A stretch of DNA of 64,000 nucleotides from assembly GCA_965197925.1 (NCBI GenBank), contig CBDAOC010000017.1, positions 157,102-221,101 of the forward strand, read 5' to 3'. The DNA comes from Nitrososphaerales archaeon (lineage in GTDB: Archaea; Thermoproteota; Nitrososphaeria; Nitrososphaerales; UBA213). Of the stretch, positions 32,797 through 44,907 are shown piece by piece (positions within the stretch are counted from its first letter, which is position 1; the number at the start of each line of letters is the position of its first letter). The notes under the pieces were generated by a model. That model made no database searches. It had not been told where the DNA came from and saw only the letters and a list, made by a program, of their open reading frames with translations. A program made the translations under genes and the position numbers.

Positions 32797-33025
32797 GCTA
32801 TATCGAATAATTACTATGTTACAACAGTTATTCAGATCCTTTTGGATTCATCGCAATGAACATGTTGTGTATGGATGCTTTTAGCATCAGTTCTTTACCC
32901 ATATTCTTCCATCTTACTGACTTTACATGTTCACGAAGGATAGGCTTGAATCTCAATGATAATAACTGATCAAAATCTCATTCTATCAAATATTCACGAA
33001 CTTCTGGTTAATTATTCGACGCATC
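32797..33025 (-). mobile_element. MITE-like internally deleted IS5 derivative, copy 2
   Basis: Same TIRs as copy 1; retains transposase tail KELMLKASIHNMFI on the minus strand. Confidence 0.75.
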
Positions 33026-33041
33026 AAATAAACCGATATAA

Positions 33042-33049
33042 TTTAAATA
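33042..33049 (+). promoter_or_regulatory. TATA box of glnA
   Basis: TTTAAATA 31 nt before the ATG. Confidence 0.55.
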
Positions 33050-33072
33050 GCAATTATTTGCGAATACGATAG

Positions 33073-34533
33073 ATGCCAAACAAGTGGGTAGAAGGTAAAC
33101 CAAAACAAATCAAATTCACCCGAAGTCAAGTTTTGGAAGCAATCGATGATCAGGGTATAAATTTTCTAGATCTTCAATTTACAGGTTTGTTTGGCAAGTT
33201 TCACCATACTACAGTCAAAGCATCTATGATTGATGATAATTCTATCCAAGATGGTATGCCAAAGCTTGACGGGTCATCTATTCGTGGATTTACAGGAATT
33301 CATGAATCGGACATGATTCTAAAGCCTGATCCGAATACCTTCGCAAGGATCCCTTGGATTGAGAGGGACAAAACTGCTCGTATGATATGTGATATTTACT
33401 GGGGACATGCGGGAGGTAGATTGGCAAGGGATCCCCGAGGGATCGCACAAAAGGCTGAGAAATTCCTACAAGAGGAAGGATTCAACTTTGCATACTGGGG
33501 ACCGGAAGTGGAGTTTTTTGTATTTGATGAGGTTTCATGGGATACCATGTTACCAAGCAGGGGTACAAGCTACTCTATTAATTCGATAGAAGCCCCATGG
33601 AACCAGAACTTCTCTGGATACCCTATTCGACTAAAGGACGGATACTTACCTTCTGCACCGCATGACACACTTATAGAATACAGGAATGAATGTGTTAATT
33701 TATTGCACGACGATTTTGGTGTCATATGTGACACACATCATCACGAAGTGGCAACGAGCGGTCAATGCGAGATCGACATTTATCATGATACTTTGTCCAA
33801 TATGGGAGATGGTGCCATGACCTACAAATATGTTGTTAAGAACGTCGCAAGGAAGTATGGAAAGGTAGCTACACTTATGCCCAAACCTGTTGCTATGGAT
33901 AATGGTTCTGGAATGCATGTAAATGTTAGTTTATGGAATGATAAAAACGAGTTCTTCGACCCCAACGATAAGGATGCAGAACTGAGCCAATTGGGTAGGT
34001 ACTTTGGTGGGGGGATAATGGAACATGCAAGTTCACTATGTACTATTGTTGCTCCAACTACAAATTCTTATAGAAGATTGGTACCAGGATATGAAGCACC
34101 AGTTTATGTTGCTTGGAGTAGTAGAAACAGATCCGCAATAATACGAATTCCCACGTACTTCAGGGGAGATGCTGCCGCTAAAACTAAAAGAATAGAATTT
34201 AGAGCTCCTGATCCCTCATGCAATCCATACTTATGTTTTGCATCTGTACTTGCAGCAGGTTTAGATGGTATAAGAAAGAAGCGAGATATGGGAGATCCTG
34301 TAGAAGAAGATATTTACAAGATGACCCCTGACAGAAGAAGACAATTGGGAATAAAGCAACTGCCAGGCAGTTTAAAGGAAGCAATTGACCATTTGAAGAA
34401 TGATCTTGATTACCTTAAACCATTATTTACTGAAGATACATTAGAAACCATTATTGAACTGGAAAATAAGGAACAGGAGGAGATTTCAATTAGGCCACAT
34501 CCACATGAATTCCAGCTTTATTTCGATATTTAA
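33073..34533 (+). CDS. glnA: Glutamine synthetase type I
   Basis: DGSSI, GPEVEFF, HHEVA, PKP...NGSGMH, NSYRRLVPGYEAP, RIEFR. Confidence 0.97.
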   Translation: MPNKWVEGKPKQIKFTRSQVLEAIDDQGINFLDLQFTGLFGKFHHTTVKASMIDDNSIQDGMPKLDGSSIRGFTGIHESDMILKPDPNTFARIPWIERDKTARMICDIYWGHAGGRLARDPRGIAQKAEKFLQEEGFNFAYWGPEVEFFVFDEVSWDTMLPSRGTSYSINSIEAPWNQNFSGYPIRLKDGYLPSAPHDTLIEYRNECVNLLHDDFGVICDTHHHEVATSGQCEIDIYHDTLSNMGDGAMTYKYVVKNVARKYGKVATLMPKPVAMDNGSGMHVNVSLWNDKNEFFDPNDKDAELSQLGRYFGGGIMEHASSLCTIVAPTTNSYRRLVPGYEAPVYVAWSSRNRSAIIRIPTYFRGDAAAKTKRIEFRAPDPSCNPYLCFASVLAAGLDGIRKKRDMGDPVEEDIYKMTPDRRRQLGIKQLPGSLKEAIDHLKNDLDYLKPLFTEDTLETIIELENKEQEEISIRPHPHEFQLYFDI

Positions 34534-35021
34534 TTGGTTTTTTTATTATTTTGCAATTCCTAATACATGGGAAAAGGGATATTGATCTACATAGTATCTA
34601 GCTAGAGATATGTAATTTATTAGAATGGAGTTTAAGGATTAAGATTGAATTTGATTGAATGATCAATGCCAAGAAATGCTTGAAGGTGCAGATAATTTAT
34701 CTAGACATCATTAGAATGGTGATCTAATATACATTCATTAATTCCTATTATATTATTACAATTGGTAAATATCATTTACATAAGGTAAAATAGTACTAAT
34801 AGACATATCAATATCATAATTAAAAAATCAATTATTAATACAATTTATGATGTAATTTGAATAAATGAGCAGTTAATTCAAAATATGAAAATGAGGATAT
34901 GTTTGCCAATCTAGCAACCTCATTGGTAGATCATAAAGAAAGAAAATAGGCGATATTATTAAGAGGTTATGGAGGAAAAAGGCCACTTCTGTAAATTCCA
35001 TGCTTGTAATTCTATACCCAT

Positions 35022-35363
35022 TTAATTACCCTCCAACTGTGCTATAGCTTGATCTGCCATTGTATTTCGCTTCGGTTTTGTTATTACGAAGTAACTTTTG
35101 TCTGCCCTTTCCAATGAGGTTACTTTTTTATATTTTACCGTTGAAAGATCAAACTCCAACAAACCTGGTTCTATGGTTGTCTTTGCATATATCATCAAAA
35201 TAGGTTCTCCGGAAAGCGGGGCTATAGGTATCATTGCAAATGTATACCCTTTGTAAACGTTTACCGTTAAAACTTGTTTCATCATAGGTGCAATAGTTAC
35301 CATGTAAAGAAATATCTCTTCAAGAGTCTCAAATTCTTCGAATTCAAACTTCATATCTAGCAT
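35022..35363 (-). CDS. Hypothetical protein
   Basis: Clean 113-aa ORF with protein-like composition. Confidence 0.6.
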   Translation of the reverse strand: MLDMKFEFEEFETLEEIFLYMVTIAPMMKQVLTVNVYKGYTFAMIPIAPLSGEPILMIYAKTTIEPGLLEFDLSTVKYKKVTSLERADKSYFVITKPKRNTMADQAIAQLEGN

Positions 35364-35451
35364 TTTAATAGTACTATGATATAAGCATTCAGAGGTTTGT
35401 ATTTTAAACGAAGATTATCTTATTAGTAATATGGTAATATACACTATCAAA

Positions 35452-36392
35452 GACTCTGTAGAAAACATAGATTTTAGCCTAATATATATAGAATTGTACC
35501 GTGAGATCAATCAGTTGGACACCTATCATGCTCATGCATGAGGATCTAGATACGTCAAACTTGCAAAAACAATACTTAATGTCTTGATAAGGGCTATAGT
35601 ACTGCCCTACATGCATAAGAAGAGTAAACATATGTATACTGTATGGCAAACTTTTATCCTTCTAGCGCTAATAAAGTATGAGGTTAATAGCTACCGAAGG
35701 TTTGTAGAATGACTTCATGAAGCATTTTATCTTAGAATGTATCGTCCCACATTATACAACACTTGAGAAGTTTGCTGCAAGGATAGATGGCCAACATACT
35801 GAGCAGAATAATTTCTTCATTCATACTAACCTAGATTAGGAAATTGTTGGTAAGACTAGATGCTTCTAGATTCAGATCCAGCATGCGTCATCATTCTATA
35901 CGGATGGAACAGGAATAAGTAAGAAGTACATCAATCTATCGATAAGTGCTGAAGTGAGAGAGTAGGTAGAATATTCATTGAAGATCAGGCGTGCTCTTAA
36001 GTTTGATACCCTAGATTTCAAACCCATTATGGAAAGAACATCAAACATAATTCCATTATCTATCGTTGTAGAGAAGGGCTATAATAGAGAAGCAATTCAT
36101 GAATTCGTAAGGGAAGAATTTGATACTGTTAGTATCATACTAGCTAGATATGGGATTTTTCCAGTATGGAGGACGCATGAAAGATACAGGAAGCAGATGA
36201 AGAGGAGATGTTATACACATCTGTACCATCAAAGAAACAAGAATGAGACTATACTGTCTGTGGTAAAGAGAATGTTTTGTGAGCATATAGCATCAAGATT
36301 GGTGATGATGCAGAATAGAGACCTAATGTTCAGTGTGATAGCCTACAACATCCATAGATTGACTGTATTTATGGTACGGTTTCTACCGAGCC
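35452..36392 (+). mobile_element. Degraded IS5-like element
   Basis: Imperfect TIRs gactctgtagaaa/tttctaccgagcc; EKGYN and YHQRNKNET motifs; many stops. Confidence 0.75.
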
Positions 36393-36854
36393 TAAATAAT
36401 ATACTCCTTGTTTAGTAGTAATCATTTACATTGTCTTTATACTCACGTTTCTCAAAGAAAAATGGTTTTTCAAGGAATTATTCTTTATGGACTTTTCATT
36501 GTTACAAAAAAGGTTAATACTGAATTTCTCAAGGAATCTAGCATTCTTAATACTTCATCTATATTTAACAAGGGTTATTGCAATAACTTATCATTGGAGC
36601 ATCTTTATCAATTCTAAAACCCTTGGTGCTTATGTATTCGGGTTATCCACAGGGAGCCTTTATGAAGTTATCGTTGTTAAATCCCCCTACCTCTTCATTA
36701 TAATAATTAACCAAGAAACTCTCTGGTTTTTGTTGGGTTGGCATTAATAAATTATCAAGGTTTTTTTGAGACTATTAAGATTAGAAATTTGTAAACAAGT
36801 ATTTGGAAGAATCAATCAGAATTGCAAATCAAACTAATTTCAGAATGAGAAATA

Positions 36855-37924
36855 TTATACTGTGTATAGATTCGTATCTAGATGGAAAGATATCCAGGAG
36901 AACCAGAAACTAGGGTCTAATGGTAATCTTTCAAGTTGCTTGCCTTCAAGAGGTCCGGAAATTGCTTATCCATCAAAATTCCATATACTACCACTTTGTT
37001 TATCCACTAACTTGTTGTTAGTGAAATGAAAGTCTAGTACTAATTCATCCACCGCTCTGTCATAAGCTCTAGCTAAGAATAGGTATAGCGAAACAAGTAA
37101 TATTTCTTTATCTCCGAACGAATCGTTTGTGATCTTTTCACTTTCTATATCATCCAGTCTGTAAGCTTTGTAAATATCCTTATTCCTAATCCCCATAACC
37201 AATTCTTTGGGACTGAGTCTATCATCTCTATGCTCTACGGGAAAGAATATCTGAGGGTTTGTGTAATAATCCCCATAGGGATCAACATCATAAGGTCTTG
37301 CGCTTCCTGTATCTGTAGAAAGCACCATTGTATCAGGATGTAGTTCCTTCCATTCCTTCCAGAATGCCAAATCAAACGGAACCCGTATAAGCTCATGACC
37401 AGAATACTTGCCAACTATGCCCTTCCCGATAGCCTGACTCCAATAAGAATTGGTTAGTCTATCATACATCACTAAATTGCTGTTATATAATTTTCCAGAT
37501 GTTCCAAATTCTACTACCAGTCCATCTAAAGTTCTTTCAAACACTATATTTGTGAAGCATAGAGAGCAATAAGTTACCGCAACAGGCAAACCGCCGATGT
37601 TATCATTGACAATTTCATGCCAAACCTGGATCCTCAAAGGATATGCCTTTGATTCGCCATTATACTTCAATCCAACTATGATATCATCATCTTCTAAGAA
37701 GTGAGCCTGCTCCATGGGCACGAATTTTGGTTTATCGATTGATGGAATTCCATCCTTGGGGGTCCACCAGAGAGTATTTTATTCATGGGCACCATTGGTT
37801 CAGGATTATTTCCATCATTAATTGCAGTCACCGCCAAGGATGTTATTGTAGAATATGATGCAAACACTAGTGTTAAAGCTAATGCACCTCCTGCGATAAG
37901 TGCAATAAAAATTAATTTCATCAA
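36855..37924 (-). pseudogene. DUF3179-family protein; frameshift at ~37760 and in-frame TAA at 36966
   Basis: GGPP|KDGIPSID, WHEIVND, TYCSLC, FGTSGKLYNSNLVMYDR; tail FWFSWISFH after the stop. Confidence 0.85.
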
Positions 37925-38419
37925 GAGAATTATGAATGCTTAGCCTATAAGCTGGATGTTTAACAGTTAAGCTTTCGATTTAACAAATCTGGGATTGATA
38001 GAATTCTACAATATTTACACCTGAATCTATCAAACGTTAAGCAATATTCCTATACCATCCTTGAATAAATTATATTCCTAAAAATAATACAGTATAATCT
38101 GACAATGTTATACTAGAAAATTCCGTGTTGAAAGTAAATAATGGTAGGATTTTTATCAATTATACCTATTTTATGGCTATTGTTTAGGTTGAGTGGTACA
38201 CACGATTAAATATCACTAGTGTAAAACCCCAATTTTTTTGTCAACCTTTTCGATCCAACAGTCGTATATCGTATGTGATATATTATCACAGTATATGGAA
38301 TCGCTTTGCATAAGTTGCGAATTGTTCACTGAGTATAGGCAGTTAGATAGTGAAAGTAGCATGTGTGATCAATGTTTAGAGACAATAATTGAACTGGAAT
38401 TTTGAGAGGATACTCAATC

Positions 38420-38860
38420 CACTTCCTCAATTTCCATACTTTAATTTTAGTACACTTAAGTATCGTATCTATCTAGCACGTTCTTTATTCATTAATATCT
38501 CCATAAGTTTCTTGTATTCTTCTTGCCAATTTGTATATCCATGTGGGTGTATGACTAGCATAGTTATCTTCTCATTTGGCCTAGATCTTAGGGACTTACT
38601 CATAAATTCACTTCTTTAACCATCATACTTAACCGATCATAAAATTAGTAAATTTCTGTGCTTTGGTATCCTTATATCCCTTATCGTTTGTGCATCACTT
38701 ACTAAAAATCTAAATGATTTATTCCCTTAATTTCTCTCCCTTAATCAACTTTAAAACTTCATGTTTTAATCTGACCGGTGCAGAACATCTTCAATCTCAA
38801 GTCGGCTAACACTGCTAAAAATATTTGGTGTTGAAATGTAGGACTGGAGTATTTTAGGAA
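38420..38860 (-). mobile_element. Highly degraded transposase remnant (tentative)
   Basis: DKGY and GYTNW motif fragments on the minus strand. Confidence 0.3.
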
Positions 38861-38986
38861 ATAGAGTTGGACGCATTTGTTTTCAATGTTAATTTTTGCC
38901 AAATCTATATTAAACCATCAATCTGGTATTACATCTAAATCTCGTTTCTATAAGTTAACTATATTTGAGTGTACATAGGCAAAAGA

Positions 38987-40201
38987 ATGATGCGACCTAC
39001 CTTACATGATATAATAGATGCGAAGAAGATTCTGCAGAAAGTTGTGCAGAAAACATCCTTGGAGCGTTCTAATACATTTAGCGAGTTGACCAACTGTAAA
39101 CTATATTTAAAAGAGGAATCGATGCAGAAAACTGGTTCCTTCAAGGTAAGAGGCGCTTATGTGAAGATAAACTCATTATCGAACAAGCAAAAGAAGAATG
39201 GGGTTATAGCGGCCTCGGCAGGTAACCATGGACAGGGGGTTGCATATGCTTCTAAAATGCAGAAGATCCCTTCTACTGTTGTGATGCCAGTTAATGCATC
39301 ACCAGCAAAGGTCTCCGCCACTAGAGGTTATGGGGCGGATGTCTTGCTTCATGGTATTATATATGATCAAGCATGGGAAAAAGCAAAGGAAATTGCTAAG
39401 GAACAATCAAGAACCATAATACCTGCGTTCGATGACCCCCATGTCATAGCAGGTAATGGTACTATTGGATTGGAAATTCTGGAAGACTTGCCCGATCTTG
39501 ATGCTATTATCATTCCGATTGGCGGTGGAGGAATAGCATCTGGTATTGCGATAGCGGTAAAAAGCAAGAAACCCAAAGTTAAGATTATTGGTGTTCAATC
39601 AAAGGCATTTCCAGCTATGAAGATATCCTTAGAAAATGGAGAGTTAGTTGAATGTAAAAATGGCTCAACAATAGCAGATGGAATATCGGTGAAGCATCCT
39701 GGAGAACTTACTTATGAGATTCTTAACAAGTATATTGATGACGTAGTTACCGTTACTGATAATGATATAGTAAAGACTATGTTTCTGCTTATGGAGAGGT
39801 CTAAACTAGTAGTAGAACCATCTGGCGCCGCTGGGCTAGCTTACTTGTTGTCTAATGGTAATCCTCTAACGGGAAAGAAAGTCGTTACAGTGCTGACTGG
39901 TGGCAATGTTGATATGTATTTGCTTGGACAAATAGTATCAAAGGGTTTGCTGGAAACGGGTAGAATGCTAAAGATGTCGATACAATTAGTGGACAGACCA
40001 GGTGAGTTGAAGAATGTGGTAGATACCATAGTGAAAAATAGGGTTAACATAGTGGAGGTCTTACATGATCGTTTGAGCCAAGAAGTTGCGGTGGGGAAAG
40101 CAAATGTGACTTTGAGTCTGGAGACAGAAGATGATGAGCATACTAGAAGATTGATCAAATTCTTCAAGGAAAATGATATAGATTTTGAAGTCGTTTCCTA
40201 A
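38987..40201 (+). CDS. ilvA: Threonine ammonia-lyase with C-terminal ACT domain
   Basis: QKTGSFKVRG, SAGNH, PIGGGG, DRPGEL. Confidence 0.93.
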   Translation: MMRPTLHDIIDAKKILQKVVQKTSLERSNTFSELTNCKLYLKEESMQKTGSFKVRGAYVKINSLSNKQKKNGVIAASAGNHGQGVAYASKMQKIPSTVVMPVNASPAKVSATRGYGADVLLHGIIYDQAWEKAKEIAKEQSRTIIPAFDDPHVIAGNGTIGLEILEDLPDLDAIIIPIGGGGIASGIAIAVKSKKPKVKIIGVQSKAFPAMKISLENGELVECKNGSTIADGISVKHPGELTYEILNKYIDDVVTVTDNDIVKTMFLLMERSKLVVEPSGAAGLAYLLSNGNPLTGKKVVTVLTGGNVDMYLLGQIVSKGLLETGRMLKMSIQLVDRPGELKNVVDTIVKNRVNIVEVLHDRLSQEVAVGKANVTLSLETEDDEHTRRLIKFFKENDIDFEVVS

Positions 40202-40908
40202 TATAATTTTAAATGATGTCTCAATAATCCTTTCACAGCGCTTGGTAACACATTCCGTTCATGGTTATGTGTAGGTTCTTTATAATGATCTTCACACATA
40301 TAGATGAGCCTCCTAGGTGGCATCGGTGCGCTCATTGCTAACATTGATTCCATGAGTAATTCTTCTGAATTACCCAAATTCATGAATTTCCTTTGAATAG
40401 TTCTTAATTTCTTCAGAAACCTCTCGTCAGCCTTATGAGTGAGCCACAAGTCAATATATCGATCTAGTTCAGTGATTTCCATCGGTTGTATGATATCTGT
40501 ACCATGTATTGGCGTATGTGTATTTACTGAAAAAATTCCCTTCTCATTGGAAGGGCTGTATAATCCAATACAGGGTTGTTGAAGCACAAATTTCAAGTTA
40601 TAAGGAGTTGGATAGACAATGGGTTCTATTTCAATATGAAGTCCGCTCTCGTCCTTCACTCTTCTTACCGACAGGCAGGACATCTTCCTTGGACTAGTTA
40701 CCAAGAAGGGCATATCAAACTTTAACTCATTCATTTCATTTATCTTCTGTTCGGCTACTTGCAACAAAGAATGATCTGCTTCTTCGAATTTTCTTACGAT
40801 ATCTTCTCTAGTTTGTTTCTGGAACCCTGATAGAACAGATTGCTGTCGCTTTTTCATCGCAGCAATTTCATCTTCAACCATACGAAGTATTTTATAAAGA
40901 TCTAACAT
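40198..40908 (-). CDS. Hypothetical protein
   Basis: 236-aa ORF. Confidence 0.65.
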   Translation of the reverse strand: MLDLYKILRMVEDEIAAMKKRQQSVLSGFQKQTREDIVRKFEEADHSLLQVAEQKINEMNELKFDMPFLVTSPRKMSCLSVRRVKDESGLHIEIEPIVYPTPYNLKFVLQQPCIGLYSPSNEKGIFSVNTHTPIHGTDIIQPMEITELDRYIDLWLTHKADERFLKKLRTIQRKFMNLGNSEELLMESMLAMSAPMPPRRLIYMCEDHYKEPTHNHERNVLPSAVKGLLRHHLKLY

Positions 40909-40940
40909 GCCTACAAAAAACCATTATCTTTTATGAATAA

Positions 40941-41516
40941 TCAACCTTTTAGGTTTTCGCTTAAAACACTACCAACTTTATCCAATAGGTTCGCTAACTT
41001 GTTTTCCTTCAAATCTATCTTTGCGACTTTCTCCATCATCTTATCCAATTCTATTTCCTCAGGTTGACGTTCGTCAACAGCACCCTCGAGGTAGAATTTG
41101 AATAAATTATCCTTCACACCTGTCAATGAATCAAGAAAAATCCACTGCCAGTTAGAAACTACGAAATAAACTCTAGGTGGAGTAGCATTGTTTCTAACTC
41201 TATTCCAGACCTTTATCGCCATAGATGAAATATCCTTACAGGAATCAAGTTCAATCTTATCCTCAGGCAAACCAATGCTCTCACCATACCGCTTCAGCGC
41301 TTCTAGGGATTTTTCTCCAAAGAATATTATCCACATGTGTTCACTGTCTGGATGTGAAGCAGTTATTCGTGAGAATACCTCACTTGCCTTCTCCACCCTT
41401 TTTTTAACATGCTCTGGAAGCGTCTGTGAATCATTATCTGAATTCTCTGTTTCACCATAAGTGAACCTACAGTAAATGGCTATTATATGGCGGTGTTGCA
41501 TGAATCTTCGACACAC
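40941..41516 (-). CDS. Hypothetical protein (weak DUF218-like pattern)
   Basis: 191-aa ORF; GLPEDKIEL and YFVVSNWQ. Confidence 0.6.
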   Translation of the reverse strand: MCRRFMQHRHIIAIYCRFTYGETENSDNDSQTLPEHVKKRVEKASEVFSRITASHPDSEHMWIIFFGEKSLEALKRYGESIGLPEDKIELDSCKDISSMAIKVWNRVRNNATPPRVYFVVSNWQWIFLDSLTGVKDNLFKFYLEGAVDERQPEEIELDKMMEKVAKIDLKENKLANLLDKVGSVLSENLKG

Positions 41517-42107
41517 AATTATTATTTAACTTTTTTTAACGTGTAATGGGCCAGAGAATTGAAAATGTAGGCGGATATTCTAATAAGTCATTTTTTAGGT
41601 GCGAATAACTAAGAATATAATTATTACTGTACTAATCTTTTTTTATGGGTACTAGAGTGTTTGGCTGATTCTAAATCCAGAGCAGATTAACTCTACCATG
41701 GTACATAAATGAGCGGGCTTTTGTATTATTAGATCCTACTTTCTCTATTGAAATATTAGTAAGAATTACAAGTAAAGGGGTTAATCAGGTCTCTATGGTC
41801 AACCAATACCTACTCTTAGGGATGGACGCATTTTCAATTGAGATAACACCAGGTAAGTTCATGATAGAAGAAAACGGATAAAAATTATTTTATAATCCAA
41901 TAAGAAAAACTGGTACATTTTATACTTTTATGACAATAGGGAGATATGACGGTATTATATCGTTTAGCCAACAAGCCTTTTTGAAACTTGTATGAATTAT
42001 GGCAATGGTGTGATATTAGTCTGATTATTATGTTTCTAGCTTATATTTTACATACAACAAATTTTCATCATAAAACTAATATTTGGTGTAAGAAAACATC
42101 AGATAAT

Positions 42108-42233
42108 ATGGTAGAAGCTTTTATAGAGCATATGTGGGTGATGGCGGGGATATTTGCATTATTGGTTATTGTAGTATTCTCTGTGCGTGGCGGACAAAAA
42201 GCTCGACGGGAGACTGTGTCAGAAAATTCATAA
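42108..42233 (+). CDS. 41-aa single-TM protein
   Basis: MVEAFIEHMWVMAGIFALLVIVVFSVRGG...; T-tract downstream. Confidence 0.45.
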   Translation: MVEAFIEHMWVMAGIFALLVIVVFSVRGGQKARRETVSENS

Positions 42234-42534
42234 CTACCAAACCACTTACTTTTTTTGATGATAAATTGAAAAATCTGAATATTTTTCTATAAGGAAAATA
42301 TTATGGAGTAGTTTGAGTGTCACTATAATCCAGAGGTTTTCTCTAATATTTGGATGAATTTAAGTAATCGCACCTCCTCTAGCGTATAAGAGATCTTCTT
42401 TTGATATATAGTACAGAATGATTGTTAGCATGATATTCATGATGTTTTCTAAGACCGATACATCATTAGTTTCCTGCATATTTCGAAATAATACACATTA
42501 TTGAGGCATCAATAGATTATAATGTCGATATACA

Positions 42535-43408
42535 CAACTCATCTCAAAACCCTACAATACATCAAAAATGATGCAGGATTAACAAATGCCAGATAGTTTT
42601 CTGCCGTTCTTTCATACCTGGTTCTTGTTCTGTGAAATCCATTCTTGAGCCATGCAAGGAATCTCTCAACTACAAATCTTGTCTTGTTGCAATGTTTGCA
42701 ATCATTATTTTGCAAGATGAACTTGGAATTTATTTTGTATGGGATGCAACATGCAATATTTCTATCCCACAAATACATTCTGATGTATTTTGCATCATTT
42801 TGTCTGCATAAACTGATTCTATCTGTTGTATTGAATCATCATCAAGATAGTCTGAAATTGATCCTGTAACATCCATGCATTTTGTACTGTCATGTTCATT
42901 TGCTGGACTCAACAGTATGGATATTGGAAATCCGTTACTCTCTACTGAGGCATGTATTTTTGTACCTGTTATTCTCTTGAATCCATTATATCCAGTTACA
43001 TTGCCCCTTTTTTATCAGGAATGGATGAAGAGTCAACTGATATTTTTTGCAGATTAATTTTGCCAGATTTATGTGCTGAGTGAATAGTACGTGATAGAAT
43101 CTTTTTCCAGATTCCTTTTTGTTGCCATTTGTTTAACCTTCTGTTTGCAGTAGAATCATCACCATATCTTTTTGGCATATCGTCCCATCGGCATCCAGTA
43201 GTTAGAACATGGATTATTCCGTTAATGATTTTTCTATCATCATCCCTAGGCCTGCCAGTTTTTGCATGTGGTGGTATGTGTGATTCTATCATACTCCACT
43301 GTTTGTCTGATAATTCTTGGAATTTCATAAAATAATTTTAGATGTCGCTATTCATGGATCTAAATGGTCGCTAAAAATTGTCTAAATGGTTAGTTTTGAG
43401 ATGAGTTG
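42535..43408 (-). mobile_element. IS5-family element, copy 2 (874 bp)
   Basis: Same TIRs and near-identical sequence to 2107-2980. Confidence 0.92.
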
Positions 43409-43410
43409 AA

Positions 43411-43515
43411 CTACTTGACAGGAAGACCATTAAGGGCATTGAAGCACATGCTCGGAAGTTAATCAATCAGAGGCATCAAGTTATTTTTGTTATATGTAAT
43501 AATGCCCATGCCTCA
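43411..43515 (+). mobile_element. Right-end remnant of the 9604-type IS
   Basis: Matches 10633-10677 (RPLRALKHMLGS) and ends atgcccatgcctca, the inverse of the left TIR. Confidence 0.75.
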
Positions 43516-44907
43516 ATTAGTTCATTGATAAATATTTTGGGTGCTGACAATGTTGTGAATGATGAAGAAGAGATCAAAAAATACAGCAAGGACGCTCTAG
43601 ATATTTCAAGAGTAATTCCCCACAATTTCAAACCCCAGATACCAATTGCGGTAGTCAGGCCCAGTGTGGATGATGATATTGTTGCTTTAGTGAAGTTTGC
43701 AAATAGAGGAAGAATACCGCTCGTTCCATATGGCGGTGGTACCTGACTAATGGGAGGAGCAACCACAGTAAAGCGTGGTATCGTTGTGGATATGAAAAAT
43801 ATGAATACCGTGTCTATCAACAAGGATGATTTGACGGTTGATGTGGGTGTGGGGATTGTAGTTAAGCAACTTGCCTCGCAAGTGCAGCAACATGGGTTGT
43901 TGTTTGCACACGATCCTTGGAGCGCCAGTTATTGCACTGTTGGAGGCGCCATAGCGACCAATGGTGTAGGCTACCTTACATGCAAATATGGTTCCATGCG
44001 AGAACAGGTTCTCGGGCTGAGTGCTGTTGCTGGGGACAGCACTTTGATTGATATTAAACCTGCAAAGAAAACATCCACTGGTCTGGATCTTAAGAATCTG
44101 TTTATTGGTAGTGAAGGTATACTAGGAATTTTGACATCTGCAACATTGAAGTTGTATCCATCGCCTTCATTACAGAAAATACATGTATTTCAGTTTAAAG
44201 ATCTAGAAAGCGGTTACAATTGTATAAGACAGTTGTTTTTGGCAGGGGTGAAACCAACCTCACTGGATCTGTTCGAATCTTTCGATGTAAATGCTGATTA
44301 CGATACTAGGATATGGTTACAGGATGAAGAGGGGACAAGACTCTACCTTCTCTTCGACGGCTCTGATGAGGAAGTCAGTTTTTTATCTAAGAAGAGTAAA
44401 AATATCATCAAGGAATTTGATGGCATAGAACTCAAGGAAGAATTTGCCGAGGAATACTAGGAGAATAGATATGATATTGCCAAGAGATACATTGAATTCA
44501 TTAGAAAACATTCCAGAGGAACAGACATAAAAATTTGATTTCATTCAGGTATCAATACCTCCGAGCAAACTACGAGCAAACTACTAGAATTTGATAAGAG
44601 TTGTAGGAATATTGCATCAAAGTACAAAGTCACAGTACAGGGACATGGAGTCTGGCAGGCTTTGGAATTTTACTCGATGAACCTCTTTGCTAGTAGTTCA
44701 GGTGCAAACGACAGAATGTTGAAAGCAATTGATGAAATGCTAAAACTTGCTATAGAAATAGGAACGATGGAATATGTTCATGGCGTCGGTGTTAGACTGG
44801 CACATCTGATGGAGGAAACTCATTTAGACGGAATGGCCTTTATCAGGAAGATTAAGAGAATCTTTGATCCAAACAATATAATGAATCCAGGCAAACTTTC
44901 AATGTGA
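43516..44907 (+). pseudogene. FAD-linked oxidase (GlcD/D-lactate dehydrogenase family)
   Basis: PYGGGT*LMGG, TVGGAIATN, GSEGILG, EYVHGVG, FDPNNIMNPGK; stops at 43744 and 44458; A-run shift and 11-bp duplication 44562-44583; 5' end abuts the IS. Confidence 0.88.

Noticed and set aside
10087..44460. TAG recoded as Trp or Pyl
   Set aside because: Core genes (ilvB, leuB, metE) end in TAG, and most affected genes also carry TGA stops or frameshifts; G>A decay is simpler
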